In this document: positions 12,230 through 26,329 of the stretch, piece by piece
Numbering within the stretch: position 1 is the stretch's first letter
Layout of the letters: each line of letters opens with the position of its first letter
Assembly: GCF_009914755.1 (NCBI RefSeq)
Contig: NC_060929.1
Direction: 5' to 3' (one strand)
From: the human T2T-CHM13v2.0 reference genome, Homo sapiens
Length of the DNA stretch: 64,000 nt
Notes under the pieces: generated by a model
The model's database searches: none
Seen by the model: only the letters and a program-made list of their open reading frames with translations
Told to the model about the DNA's origin: nothing
Translations under genes and position numbers: made by a program

Positions 12230-12680
12230 TAAAATGTCATCTTTGCAGTACTTTCCAAATTAAAATTTATATTTATCTATTGTATTCATTAATGCTGTTC
12301 TCTTCTCACTAGACCATCTATACCATAACGAGATCTTTATTTTCTTACTACTGTACTTTTAATGCCTAACACAGTGCCAGCCATATGATAGATGGCAATA
12401 AATATCTGCTAATGAATGGACAGATAGATGGATGAACAGATGGATGCATATTGACTTTAGCTGCAGACACACCTGAGTTTGAGTTCCATCTCCTTGACTT
12501 TCTAGCTGTTACTTTGTCCTTTCTAAGTCTCAGTTTCCTCATTAGTAGGATGAGGCTCATGATATCTATCTTACATGGTTGTTGTGAAGATTAAAAGAGA
12601 CATTGCTGCAGCAAAACACTTTCTTCCTAGCACAGTGCCTGGCACCCACTCACTGTCAAATGTTGGCTATTATTACAGCT
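12230..12680 (+). mobile_element. L2 3' end followed by MIR
   Basis: cctaacacagtgcc...caataaatatctgctaatgaatg (L2). ctaagtctcagtttcctcattagtaggatgagg...ggttgttgtgaagattaaa (MIR). Confidence 0.7.
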
Positions 12681-14315
12681 CAGGGATTGGAGAAGGGGGC
12701 AGAGTTAAAGAAAATTACTAGACAGAAAACATCAAGTCTGCATAAATTGTTTTGTATTTCCTGCTCATGATTAAGCAATTAAAATAGGATTTGAGTCATT
12801 AAACCTATTAAGAGGTTACAGATCACTAAAAACAATTTCTTTTTTTAGTAATTGGCTGGGACAAATTATGCCTCCACTGAATTCAGCTCCAGATACTACA
12901 GGGTGTTGGTGTTAAGTTTGGGAGGCTTCTGCAATTTTGAAGATATTTTCTTAGTTTCTTCGATTTTTCCAAAGGTGAATTTGAAAAAATAAGGCCAGAT
13001 TTCTATATAGAAACAGAGATAAACATCTTAAAGGAATAAAGCTGTATAAATTTATGAATAATCCTTATAAAACCTTGAGTGTGCCTTGAAAATTAATCAC
13101 TGGATTCAGCAAATAATGGAGCTGCTCTGTCTTGCCTGCTTTCATGGTTTGCCACAGGCTGTTCCAGGACTCTGAAACTATTAAGGAGCAAAATGTTTCC
13201 ACATGAGTAATGCTGATTTCAGACACTCCACCCGAACCACAAAGGGAGCAGATCTGGGGTTGGCATCCCAAATACATTTCTTTATTCTGAGCCTTAAACT
13301 AGGCAGTAAAGAAAAAGCATTCTTGGATTCTAAACCAGGAGTCCACCGAACCGTGTCCCATTGGTTCCTGTCTGCTGGTGTGACATGGGGCTCTCATCTT
13401 TCAGAGCCATTTGCCTGTCTGTCTGCATGCCTTCCTACAAATCCAGTCAAATGCCCATGCTCCATAACTGCATCCTTGGATGGCCCCATTTAAGACAGAC
13501 TTTGGCACATAATCATCCAGTTTTTATGCACCTAACCGGCATGTGTATCTCTGGAAAGGACACCTGTGTGATGAGCAATAACAGTACAACAGGATTTTAA
13601 GAAAAGCAGAGCCAGCTGCAGCCCATTTAACCCATTTCCCCACCCTATTATATTTGACCGAATAATAGCCCAGAAAATAGAAGTAACATGCCCAAGGCAG
13701 TGCAGCTAATTAGTGGCAGCTCCAGAACCAAAGCATAAGTCTGCTGACTCTTAGTCCAGTGATCTTCATGCTTCATTATGGGTGACATATTGTGTATCTA
13801 GTACAATGAGATGTTGCTCTTCAGTAATTATGTACTGAAAAGAGATGAATTAAGTTTTTGCTGGCTAGATTATCCCTCTGGTTTCTAAGCTAAACTCAAA
13901 TGCCACTACTCCTATTAAGACTTCCCTGATGAGGCAGAGTGACAAGCAGAGAAACAGGCCGAGTATGGAAAGACCTGGCGTTGGGTCTCAGCTGTTATAA
14001 TTAGCAGTGTGACCTTGAGCCTTTTGCTTCTGCACACTGCCCAGAAGGATGGCTTTCAGAGTCCCCCAGAACCAGGCCCCCAGATGGGGAGTTCAATAGG
14101 ATTAAAGAGAGTTGAGCTGTTTTCATCTCTTCTTCCTTGTTTGCTCCTATCCTCTGGGAAAATGGATCTTAGCCCACTGAAAAAGAGCAGACCTCTTGTA
14201 TTAATCCTCCACACTGGGAAACTTTAGCTGGAAAAGGAGGGCATCTAGGAGAGGCGTGAAAGATGAGATAAACACAGTTCTGTATCTCAGTTCCCAGAGA
14301 TTCAGATGCTCTATC

Positions 14316-14528
14316 CAGGGGCCAGTAGACTTTTCTGTAAAGGGCTGTGTAATAAATATTTTAGGCTCTATGGACCATAGAATCTTTGTCTCATCTACTC
14401 AGGTCTGCCACTGTAGCTTGCAAGCTGCCATGAACAGTTCAGAAATGAATGAGCCGGGCTGTGTTCCAACAAAACTTTATTTATAAAAACAAATGGCAGC
14501 CCACAGGCCATAATTTGCAGACCACTGG
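14316..14528 (+). mobile_element. MER58A hAT-Charlie DNA transposon
   Basis: cagggg...ttttctgtaaagggc...ggctgtgttccaacaaaactttatttataaaaac...tttgcagaccactg. Confidence 0.85.
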
Positions 14529-16337
14529 TCTATTCTAAGCCTGATCACTCCAGGATCTTCTTGACTGAATTATGAAAGAGATTGTAGGGGAAGTCACTGT
14601 GTTCCATAACTCAAGAAAAACTATCAGCACATGGAAAAATAGAATTTTTAAAAGGGCAATAAGTGGTGATTCTAAACCAACTGTAGGAATCTGTATTTTT
14701 TTTACCTTCCTGTCTGTCTCCTTTTTGGTTTTGTCTGTATCTTCTACATCTGTCCATGTTTTTTATCATCTCCTCCATCTCCCCCTTTTCTCCCTCCTTT
14801 TCCTTTTTGATTATCATCATCACTACTCTCTGCCATATGTAGACCAAAAAGCACGCATATCAATTAAGGATTTGAATGTCAGCAATAGAAATCATCACAT
14901 GTTGTCTTAGGCAGAAAAATTTTGCATCAAAAAGTTACAAGGTGCTCACAGAATTGACTGGCAGCTAAAGGACCAGGCTTCGAAAAATGCAGGAAAAACT
15001 GTATAGAAGGTTCCACACAGGAAACTAATCAATTTATTTTTCAGCAGGAACAGTTTGGCTGTAATGTCACTATTGGTGGAGTCAGACCTTACATCCTCCT
15101 GGACACCTGTAAACCACCATAACTAATTCTTAACTGACCATTTGTTCTTTGTCATTTATTCCAAATTCCTGGGTAGGAGTTATCCAATTATCTGATTGGC
15201 TAATTCTAAACTATATGCCCATGCCATAGCTACCACATGGTAGAAAGAAGGGGAAAACTCCAAACTTAAGTACTACACTGGACAGCAGGACATTGAATCC
15301 CACTACTGTCACACAAAAGGAGGGATTCTCACCGTATGAAAAGTATATAGATACTGCACAACAAACACAATGACAACAGCCAATCAGCACAGATGAGGCA
15401 TTCAAAGCCAAAGTTGACCTCTGTGTGAAACATCCAATTAACATCTGAGGACTGACATACACGGGGCTGATTCTAAATTGACCACAGTATTATTACTGTG
15501 TTCTGCCTATGGGTTCAGGCATGGGAGGGAGATATAAATTGTCAACCTAATCAAATTTACATTCCCTGGCTGTAGAAGGATTTTCAATTCATAACAGGAA
15601 GTTTAAGGCTACAGATTAATCACTGACATGGATTTATACCCTGATAGGTGCTGGGTGACCCACATCTGTTTTCTAAGTCCATGGGGAATTTAATAATAAA
15701 TCAAAACTCCAGGGGCAGACTCAATGCCCTGGCAGTTATGCCCATGAAAATCTAGTATTTTCCAATATGCAGTGGGAAATCTGCATACATCTGTCTTCAG
15801 CTCTGAAACACACAGCAGCTGGGGACAGCTGCTCAGCCTCGGGGAAATACGGTCAATTGTCCTGTGACACTCACCCCGTCAAAATCTGGACCCTCTCTTT
15901 AGATGGCTGCAGTTCCTGGTATCAATCTACTTTAAGATGCATCACCTACCCTAGTCATTGTCACTGGAATTTCAGAAACCTCCCTTCTCCAATTTAGAAA
16001 TGGCATCCATCAGTTTTATCCTGAAATGCATGATTCTACACTTGCTCCAGAAAAATCTCATTACTTTCGCAGAAAAGGTCCTCTGCTTTGATTGAAAATT
16101 ATGCAAGGTTTTGATGAGTTCCAAGTCATTATTTTATGGTTTCACGATAGAAAACATATCAGGGAAGGGAAAAAAAGGGGAGTGAGGGAACAGAGTCAAT
16201 GTGTGCAATCCTGGATGTTCATCATGGTACAGCACTTTTGTCTTTTTTCTTACTCATGCTTGTGCATATTTTAGTTCACCTTTTATTTTTGACATCATTT
16301 TGTCTCTAAGAATCATACTTATTAACTTTTACCATGA

Positions 16338-16786
<449 letters not shown>

Positions 16787-19022
16787 TAGTTGAGACATTT
16801 TCATGAATTGGAAATACAGTGCAGACAGGAAAAATAACAAGAAAAAAACCGCAATTTTAACAAGCACAAATAGTAACCTACTAATGCCATCAGCAGAACC
16901 ACATCCTTACTGGAATGTGAGCAGAGGTCACCTGACCAATGCAAACTTTGGGTTCCCTTTAAAAGTAGAACACTTATTAATAATGTTCAGGAATCTGTGA
17001 GATAATAGTTAATCTTTCATTTCAAAAATTTCCAACTGTACATCCATCAACGTATTTTCCTCTGAAACGAGATTAAACCACCTGCTAATCACTTGATTGA
17101 CATGCGACAAACAGCGATCCAAAGACCACACTTTGAAAAGGACTCAGCCTTCATGTCAAATATCAAGAGATAAGTAGAACAGATGGTGTGGGGATGTTTG
17201 GAACCCTAGAATCACTGGCTTTTTAGTTGAAAGGAATTGTAAGAATAATCTAGAACAATGTTGAAAATTGTGGGCTGTGTGACTCAGAGTCACTTACTAT
17301 GAATGTGTGAAACCAAGTCAAGCAGAGAAGGGTGACTATGAAATAGTAATAAAAAGAGTTTTAAATGTCACTGGTTTTGTTATTCAAGAAATAGATTGAG
17401 GATAGACAATGTATTGGGACATTCATCATCCCACATGCCATGAGGATCAAGTGTCTGGCTATCTCTAAGACATTTCTTCCCAAAGAAATTATTTTTCCAG
17501 TTTGTTCTCTACAATTCTCATTCCTATAACAAGTTCTCAAAAAATATGGACCTTTCAACCGTTCTAGAATATTTAATGTATTTTCTAATTTCTTAGCAAA
17601 AACCCTTTACTACAGGGCTCTTTTTGGTGACTAGGGTAAGTTTCTCTGAATCAAGGAAATCTGGTTTTACGGCATTGAGGAAGGCTGGAAGCCAGGAGCT
17701 TATGGTACAAGTTGGACAACTTTATTAAGTGGTAATGAGGCGTCCTGGTCTGTGAAGTAGGCCAGGAGGTGCCGCAAGTTTTTAGAGCCCACAGTTTCTG
17801 CAGCAGAGCCAGGTAAACATATTTCTTACCATTGTAAACATGCCAGTGTTCGTGCCATGCCATTAACCAGTAAAAGGGACTTTGGTTGTTTTTCTGGGCA
17901 AAAGACCTGCCTCCCTGCCTTGGCTCCTGGGCTTCCTTCACTCGACTCCTGGACCATCCTTGACAGAAAAGAAGAAGTTTGTCCTGTTCTGTAAGAGGGC
18001 TCCATCTGCACAAGCACGTATCTACCACACTTGCAGACACTCTGTTGTTACAGCACGAAGAACAGCAGCAAATGAGTCTTCTGGGATGCTTCAATAAGAT
18101 TTATTTTTCCATCCTATTTATTTCCTCTCTGTGGATGTCATTTGAGGCTTCTTTTTTTTTCAGATCCAATTCCCCACCACACCCCTTTACCTTTGCTCAT
18201 TTTCTTTGAAGTTCTCTGAAGACCACGTGCTCCTGAATTATGGTTTTGTCATCATCACTTGAAGGTTGCTGATTTAGGGTGAAGAGTGGAAGAGCAGAGC
18301 AAAGGTGTGGGAGAAGAGAAAGGGAAGAGGAGCAAGGAGCAAGATGGAGACTTGTTTCATCACTTTTCTGTCGTATTTCCGGCCAAAGTATTAATCACAC
18401 TTTGCTTTCCCGGCTCACTGGGCAGTCACTCAGTATACAGACCCCCAGGGGTCCCAGAGAAATGTCATTCTCCTCAAAATGTAATAGCCTTCAGCCCAGA
18501 CAAAAGCCTGAGTCAGACAAATGATAGGCTGGTGAGAGAGACTTCGCTGGCTCTCAGAGCAGACTGGAGCAAGGAGGAGGCAGAAATGTTACCTGGCAGG
18601 CAAGCTCTGAGTTTTTCCCCTTTCTCTAGGAGTGGGTCAGGTCACAGGCCTAGTCAATGTGTTAGGTTGCACAAAGTAGACTTTCAAAGGCCACTATTGG
18701 CATCACAAATGCCCTGACATGCTGTTTGTCATTCTGCATTGATGCACAGCCAACTGCCCCTGTCTATTTCGATCAGTAAATCTGAGAGGACACCCTTTAC
18801 AGCATATGCAGGAGTCCTCTCCAACTTTCTTTGAGGTTGAAAATAGAAGTTGACCAACACAGAGTCCCCCTACTCAAGGGACTCAAGGTCAAGAGGAAGA
18901 GGTCAAGACGAGAAACAGAGAATTACAGCCACATAAAAAGTTATGGTGAAGGTTTGAACTGCGTGCAGGAGAGCAGATGCAAAGCTGAAGATGCCAAACA
19001 GGTTTCCTCCCCTCTTAACAAT

Positions 19023-19775
19023 TGTATTCATTTACTAGGGCTGCTGTAACAAAGTATGACAGACTGGGAAGCTTAGACAGCAGACGTTTATTTTCTCACA
19101 GTTTTGGGGGCTGGGAGCCCAAGATCAAGGTGTACAGGGTGTGTGTCTCCTTGGTTTGCAAATGGCCGTCATCTTGCTGAGTCCCTACATGGTCGTCCAT
19201 GTGTGCACGTATCTGGTGTCTCTCTGTGTCTCTAAATGTCTTCTTCTTTTAAGGCTACCAGTTGGATTGGATTATGGCCCACCCTAACAGCCTCATTTTC
19301 ACTTAATTAACTTACCTCTTAGTTCCTTCAGGCTGCTATAACAAACTGCCAAATACTAGATGGCTTAAGCAACAAGTATTTATTTCTCACAGTTTTGGAG
19401 GCTGGACAGTCCAAGATCAAGGCACCATCAGATTCAGTATCTGACGAAGGCCTGCTTCCTGGTCTATAGACAGCTGTCTTCTCTGTGCCTTCACATGGCA
19501 ATAGGGGCTGGGGAGTTCTCTGAGGTCTCCTTTATAGGGGCACTAATCCCATTTATGAGGGCAAAGCCCTCATGACCTAATCACCTCCCAAAGGACCTCT
19601 TGCTAACACCATCAGCTTGGGGGTTTAGAGCTCAACTTATGAATTTGGGGGAAATACAAACATTCAGTCCATAAAGACCTTATCTCCAAATATAGTCATA
19701 TGCTGAGGTGCTGGGGGTTAGGGCTTCAACATATAAATTGGGGTGGAGGGTTGGGACACAGTTCAGCCCATAACA
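19023..19775 (-). mobile_element. Nested MaLR LTRs: outer MLT1A/B-like (19023-~19315 and ~19673-19775), inner MLT1A0/MSTD-like (~19316-19672)
   Basis: Two successive ...gctgctgtaacaaa / gctgctataacaaa starts. The outer element resumes at aaagaccttatctccaaatatagtca. Confidence 0.7.
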
Positions 19776-20147
19776 ATAGCTATGACCTGTAAAGATCCTG
19801 GATGCACCTCAGGCCTTAGCATCCCTGGCCCTACTATGTGCTGAGTCTGCCACAACCACCACTGCTCTGGGCTCAGGTCCTGCTGTCTCCCTGAGAATAA
19901 TAGGCAGGCCTCTGAGGGGCATTGTTAAATGATGGGAAGTGGCCACCTTCCTCAGGACCTGATTGCAGATTTACTCATGCCATTAAATTATAGCCTTCTA
20001 AAGACACAATCAGTGCACAGAATGTTACTAGTGTTATACCAGCTTTCTCAAAGAGACTTTTCATGCAAATACTTCCTAATGTAAATGACATCACTGCCTG
20101 ACTCTGTAAGACTGGCCTTGAGTAAAATAATAGACCAAACAAAGTAC

Positions 20148-20439
20148 AGTCATGTGTTGCTTAATGATGGGAATATGTTCTGAGAAATGCTTCATGAGGC
20201 AATTTTGTTGTAGTGCAAACACCTTAGAGTGTGCTCACACAAACCTAGATGGTATCGCCTACTACACACCTAGGCTATATACTATAGCCTATTGCTTCTA
20301 GGCTGCAAACCTGTAGCAGGTTACTGTAGTGAAGATCATAGGCAATTGTAACACAATGGTATTTATGTATCTAAACATATAGAAACACAGAAAAGGCAGA
20401 GTAAAAATTTGTTATAAAAAATTAAAAATGGTATGCCTG
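20148..20439 (+). mobile_element. Tigger3 (Golem/MER7)-type DNA transposon, 5' part only
   Basis: cagtcatgtgttgcttaatgatggg...ttctgagaaatgc...acacaaacctagatggtat. Interrupted by THE1 and not resumed later in the window. Confidence 0.8.
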
Positions 20440-22124
20440 TGTATTAGTCTGTTTTCATGCTGTTAATAAAAACTTACCCAAGACTGGGGGCAATTTATAA
20501 AAGAAAGAGGTTTAATTGGACACACAGTTCCACCTGGCTGGGGAGGCCTCATAATCATGGTGGAAGGCAAGGAGAAGCAAGACACATCTTACATGGATGG
20601 TAGCAAACAGAGGGCTTAGGCAGAGAAACTTCCATTTTTAAAACTGTCAGATCGCTTGAGACTCATTTACTATCATGAGAATGGCATGGGGAAAACCTAC
20701 CTCCATAATTCAATTACCTCCCACTGGGTCCCTTCTACAACATGTGGGAATCCAAGATGAGATTTGGGTGGGAACACAGCCAAGCCATATCATTCCATCC
20801 CAGCCCCTCCCAAATCTTATGTCCTCACATTTCAAAACCAATCATGCCTTGCCAACAGTCCCCCAAAGTCTTAACTCATTTCAGCATTAACTCAAAAATC
20901 CACAGTCCAAAGTCTCATCCAAGACAAGGCAAGTCCCTTCTGCCTGTGAGCCTGTGAAATCAAAAGCAAGTTAGTTACTTCCTAGATACAATGGGAGTAC
21001 AGATATTGGGTAAATATAGCCATTCCAAATGGGAGAAATAGGCCAAAACAACAAGGTTACAGGCCCCATGCAAGTCCAAAATCTAGCAGGGCAGTCAAAT
21101 CTTAAAGCTCCAAAATGCTCTCTTTTGACTCCATGTCTCACATCCAGGTCATGCTGATGCAAGAGATGGGTTCCCATGGTACTGGGCAGCTTGGCCCCTG
21201 TGGCTTTGCAGGGTACAGCCTCCTTCACAGCTGCTTTCATGGGCTGGCACTGAGTATCTGTGGCTTTTCCAGGTGCATGGTGCAAGCTGTCAGTGAATCT
21301 ACCATTCTGAGGTCTGGAGAACAGTGGCCTTCGTCTTGCAGCTTCACTAAGCAGTGCCCCAGTAGGGACTCTGTGTGAGTGCTCTGACCCCACATTTCCC
21401 TTCCACACTGTCCAAGCAGAGGTTCTCCATGAGGGCCCCACTCCTGCAGCAAACGTCTGCCTGGACATCCAGATATTTCCATATATCTTCTGAAATCTAG
21501 GTGGATGTTCCCAAACCCCAATTCTTGACTTCAGTGCATTCTCAGGCTCAACACCATATGGAAGCTGCAAGTTTTGAGGCTTGCACCCTCTGAAGCCATG
21601 GCCCCAGCTCTATGTTGGCACCTTTCAGCCATGGCTGGAGCAGCTGAGACACAGAGCACTAAGTCCCTAGGCTGCACATAGCACACTGACCCTGGGCCCA
21701 GCCCATGAAACCACTTTTTCCTCCTAGGCCTCTGAGCCTGTGATGGGAGGGACTTCTGTGAAGACCTCCAACATGCCCTGGAGACATTTTCCCCATGGTC
21801 TTGGGGATTAACATTTGGCTCCTCACTACTTATGAAAATTTTGCAGCTGGCTTGGATTTCTCCTCAGAAAATGGGATTTTCTTTTCTATTGCATTGTCAG
21901 GCTGTAAATTTTCCAAACTTTTATGCTCTGCTTCTCTTGTAAAACTGAATGCCTTTAGCAGCCCCCAAGTCACCTATTGAATGCTTTGCTGTTTAGAAAT
22001 TTCTTCTACCAGATACCCTAAATCATCTCTCTCAAGTTCAAAGTTCCACAGGTCTCTAGGGCAGGGCAAAAATGCCACCAGTCTCTTTGCTAATACATAA
22101 CAATATTCACCTTTGCTCCAGTTC
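20440..22124 (-). mobile_element. THE1 (B/C) MaLR: 3' LTR 20440-20792 plus internal sequence, truncated at 22124
   Basis: LTR tgtattagtc...ccatatca followed by typical THE1-int. Breaks at ...ctttgctccagttc. Confidence 0.92.
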
Positions 22125-24758
22125 AGGGGTGAATCCTAGAGCTGGGCTGGGTTCCTGAGTATTTCATAACAACCCAGTTGCCCCATCAAGGTGCAGTCCC
22201 ATAAACAACAGTTATTATGCAAAATTGTTTCAGAGAGGGTGTAGGTAACCTTTTGAATCAGGAGTGAGATGGAGTTTTTGCCTACTAGAGTCTTTGTCCT
22301 TCTTTTCCTTTGTAGGAATATGCCCTAATTATTGATCTTAAACTTTTTGTTGCCCCAGATTAAGTCCTTTTGGGTACAATATATGAGAGATGGATCCTGT
22401 TTATCCTATGTGCCTTTTTCCTATGAGAAGGAGAGCGAGCAGTAAAAGATGGGCTTGCTGGTTTTCTAAGTACTTTAAGGCTTGGCTGAGCACAAACAGC
22501 TCACACGTTTGAGCAAACCAATTATTAGGCAATTCTCCTAACTCTGCTTCCACAAGATTCTCCCTATCATTACTGAATACCCATTGTGGTTTTTTTCTCA
22601 ATCACCCAGGAGGAGCCATTTATCGTCCTGTCCTGAAGGGAGTTCCTCCCAGATCAGGTCAGATCTTTTTAAGGTAATAAAGATTTAAATCCCCTGTTAG
22701 GAAATCTGCTGGGTTAAGGGAATTTTCAGTGGCTAATGTTAAATCACCATTTCATTTTCTAACAGAATGGCCCCATACTTTAAGATTTTTGAGTTAGTAA
22801 GCTACCTTTCTGCTTTTTTGACTTAGAATAGTTCTGAACTGGTGAGGTGTGCTCCCAATGAGGTTTCCTCTAAAGTTATTTTTCTACTTTCTTCTGTCAG
22901 CAAAGCAGTTGCTGCTACAGATTGAATGCATTTGGGCCATCCATGGGTTACTGGGTTAAGGATTTTTGCTAGGAAGGCTACGGGTTGTCGGTGGTCTCGG
23001 TGTTTTCAGGCTAAGCCCTTGTTTACACTGACAACCAGGTAGTATTGGAGTGTTATAGGGTCATGGAGAAGACCTCCAATTACCAATTAAAGGTTTTAAA
23101 TTGATCCTGGATTTTAAAGGAATGGGGTACACTGTTTTTTTCTTAACTACTTGTATATCTCTTTCTTTCTCTCTTTGACTTTCTGTCTCTTTCTCTCTCT
23201 TTCTTTGACTTTCTGCCTTTCTCTCTCTCTTCCCTCTCTCTCCTCTCTCTCTCACTTCTCTCTCCCTTTTCTCTCTCTGTCTCTCTTTCTCTCTCCTCTG
23301 TCTCTGTCTCTCTCCTCTCTGTCTCTTTCTCTCTCCTCGACTTACTCAATTTGCTTTCATCCTGATCTATTATGTTGTCATAGACCCAGTTCTAGTTGTT
23401 AAAGTACTGGGTCATCAGTCTAAGGCCCTGGCCAAGGAGCCAAGGCTTGGAGATTGTACTGGTGGGGGGGCTGGGGGGAAGCTGGGTAGAAACTGGGGGA
23501 GGAGAGCATCTTACACAATGGGAGAGCAATCTTCCTAGCCATTTACAAACTTGGGGTCCTGGCAAGGGTGGTGGGGAACAGGCCACACATAACTGCCCAT
23601 GTTGAGAGCTGTATACCTAAATTGGGAGGGATACCAGGGACAAGACCCCCTGGGTTCATAGTCTAGATGCCTAAGGATGCAGCATAAAGCTTCCTTAGAT
23701 CCCTTTGGAGATACAACTTGCTAGAGGAAATGAAAATCTGAACCATTAGTACCTAGGAGGCAGGGATCGGAGGAAGTAGGTTCAGAGGTAAGGAGAATTT
23801 TTGGGGCTACACTTTCAAGAAAGTCATGGTCAGGACCCAGGAGGTATGGGTCAGAAGGAAAGGTAGGAGCGCATGCATGGGCGACTGTTAAGTAGAGACT
23901 TCTGACTGTGCCATGATCTCAACCAGCTAATGCCAGGAGTTCAGGATGCCAGCTTTCTGCCTCTAGTTGGCCCTCAGCTTCCCCAGGAAAATTGAAAGTG
24001 GAAGCTGGTTCTGGGCAGACCAATGCTCGCAACCCAGAAGGGTTGGGGGTTGTTAGAAAGCCCTTCCCCAGACAGCCTCACACCTGAGTCTTAAGTCCAG
24101 CAGCCACGCTAATCTTTTTAACCAGCCAACAGGTGCCCAGTATTTTCCTCCAATTCTAAGGAAGGATGGGACAGAATAGCAAGTGAAAGGGGTCCAATAT
24201 TACTCACCACTTTGAAGAATACCCATACGGGCCACCAGATGTTATAGGATGGTCTTTGTTCTTAGAGCTCCCAAGATGTGGCGGGCCACTCCCAAGATAG
24301 GGGTGGGCTGCTCCCAAGATGGCCTTTTGTTCTCTGACCTGGGGTTCTTGGCCTCACAGATTCCAAGGAATGGAACCTTGGGCCATGCAGTGAGTGTTAT
24401 AGCTCTATTAGAAGCCATAGGTCATGGAAGAGAACCATGGAACCCAGCGACCAGTGTTCAGCTCAATTAGGATGACCCTGGACACTTAGCTGTTCAGCAA
24501 CAATGACGAGCCTTTAGCCTGATCAGGAGCAGCAATGGGTGCCTCGCTGGATCAGGAGTGCAGCGGACACACTGCCGGATCTGGAGGGGTGGAAGTCAAT
24601 GGCAGATCTGGGACGGCGGCAAACAGCAGTGGTGGATGGCAAGCAAAAGCTCAGCTCAAACTGTAACAAACACAGACCAGAAGAGTGCGCAGTTGCAAGA
24701 TTTAATAGAATAAAAACAGAGCTCCCATACAATGGGAGGGGACCCAAAGGGAGTTGCC
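22125..24758 (-). mobile_element. HERV-W (LTR17/HERV17) fragment: R-U5 (24758-24240), PBS (24237-24220), major splice donor (~24207) and pre-gag leader with AG-rich tract
   Basis: The reverse complement matches the recalled LTR17 R-U5 (ggcaac..ctttgggtcccctccc..tgtatgggagctctg..attaaatcttgcaactgc..gctaaaggct..ctaatagagctataacactcac). It is followed by a TGG-initiated PBS, GTGAGTAATATTGGACC and the leader. Confidence 0.88.
23154..23340 (+). repeat. (CT)-rich low-complexity tract within the HERV-W leader
   Basis: Seen directly. Confidence 0.9.
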
Positions 24759-24862
24759 TAGTCTTTTCTCTTAAGGCCTTCAACTGATTAGGTGAGGCCA
24801 TCTACATTGCGGTGTGTAAAATCATTTATTCCAAGTCTACTGATTTAAATGTTAATCACATT
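24759..24862 (-). mobile_element. MLT2 LTR fragment (~100 bp)
   Basis: ttaaggccttcaactgatt...tctactgatttaaatgttaatcacat, homologous to 9765-9860. Confidence 0.75.
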
Positions 24863-25961
<1,099 letters not shown>

Positions 25962-25968
25962 ACATACA

Positions 25969-26310
25969 AAGTTGTATGTATGCTCTTTTGAGGTGTTATT
26001 CCCTTACCAGCTGAATTTTCCTAGAAGGTCATATACCAGTTAAACTCTATCATTTTGCTTTTTAACATGCATGCTTGAGCACACTTGTCCAACTCCTGTG
26101 ATCTTATCGGGAAGCTGCTGATCACCTGTTTCAGGTTTTGTCTTTCTGCTGGGAGACTGCCTTTTGCTGGTGCCAGCTGCAACCAATTATTATTTTAGAG
26201 AGACACTTTAACAACCACCTGACCATGACCTGATGGTCACTTGACATTCCTGGTTGGGGGAGGGAGCCCTCCCTTACCCTGCTCATGCCTGACAAGCTAC
26301 CTACTGTATC
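25969..26310 (-). mobile_element. MER50 ERV1 LTR, 5' half only
   Basis: Reverse complement reads tgatacagtaggtag...catgagcaggg...ccaggaatgtca...ctctctaaaataataattggttgcagc...gcagcttcccgataagatc. Confidence 0.8.
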
Positions 26311-26329
26311 AAAATGATCTGTTTTTTTG

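Noticed and set aside
17651-18717. Cluster of 140+ aa ORFs at 17.6-18.7 kb
   Set aside because: No recognisable protein similarity or exon structure. Length is within chance for this composition.
20971-21570. 199-aa ORF on the minus strand
   Set aside because: It lies entirely within THE1-internal sequence, a degenerate MaLR ORF remnant with no gene context.
23151-23402. Ser/Leu-rich and Arg/Glu-rich ORFs
   Set aside because: They are translations of the CT/AG low-complexity tract in the HERV-W leader.
24759-24862. Apparent direct duplication of 9765-9860
   Set aside because: Both are MLT2 family copies with many differences, so this is ordinary interspersed-repeat homology.
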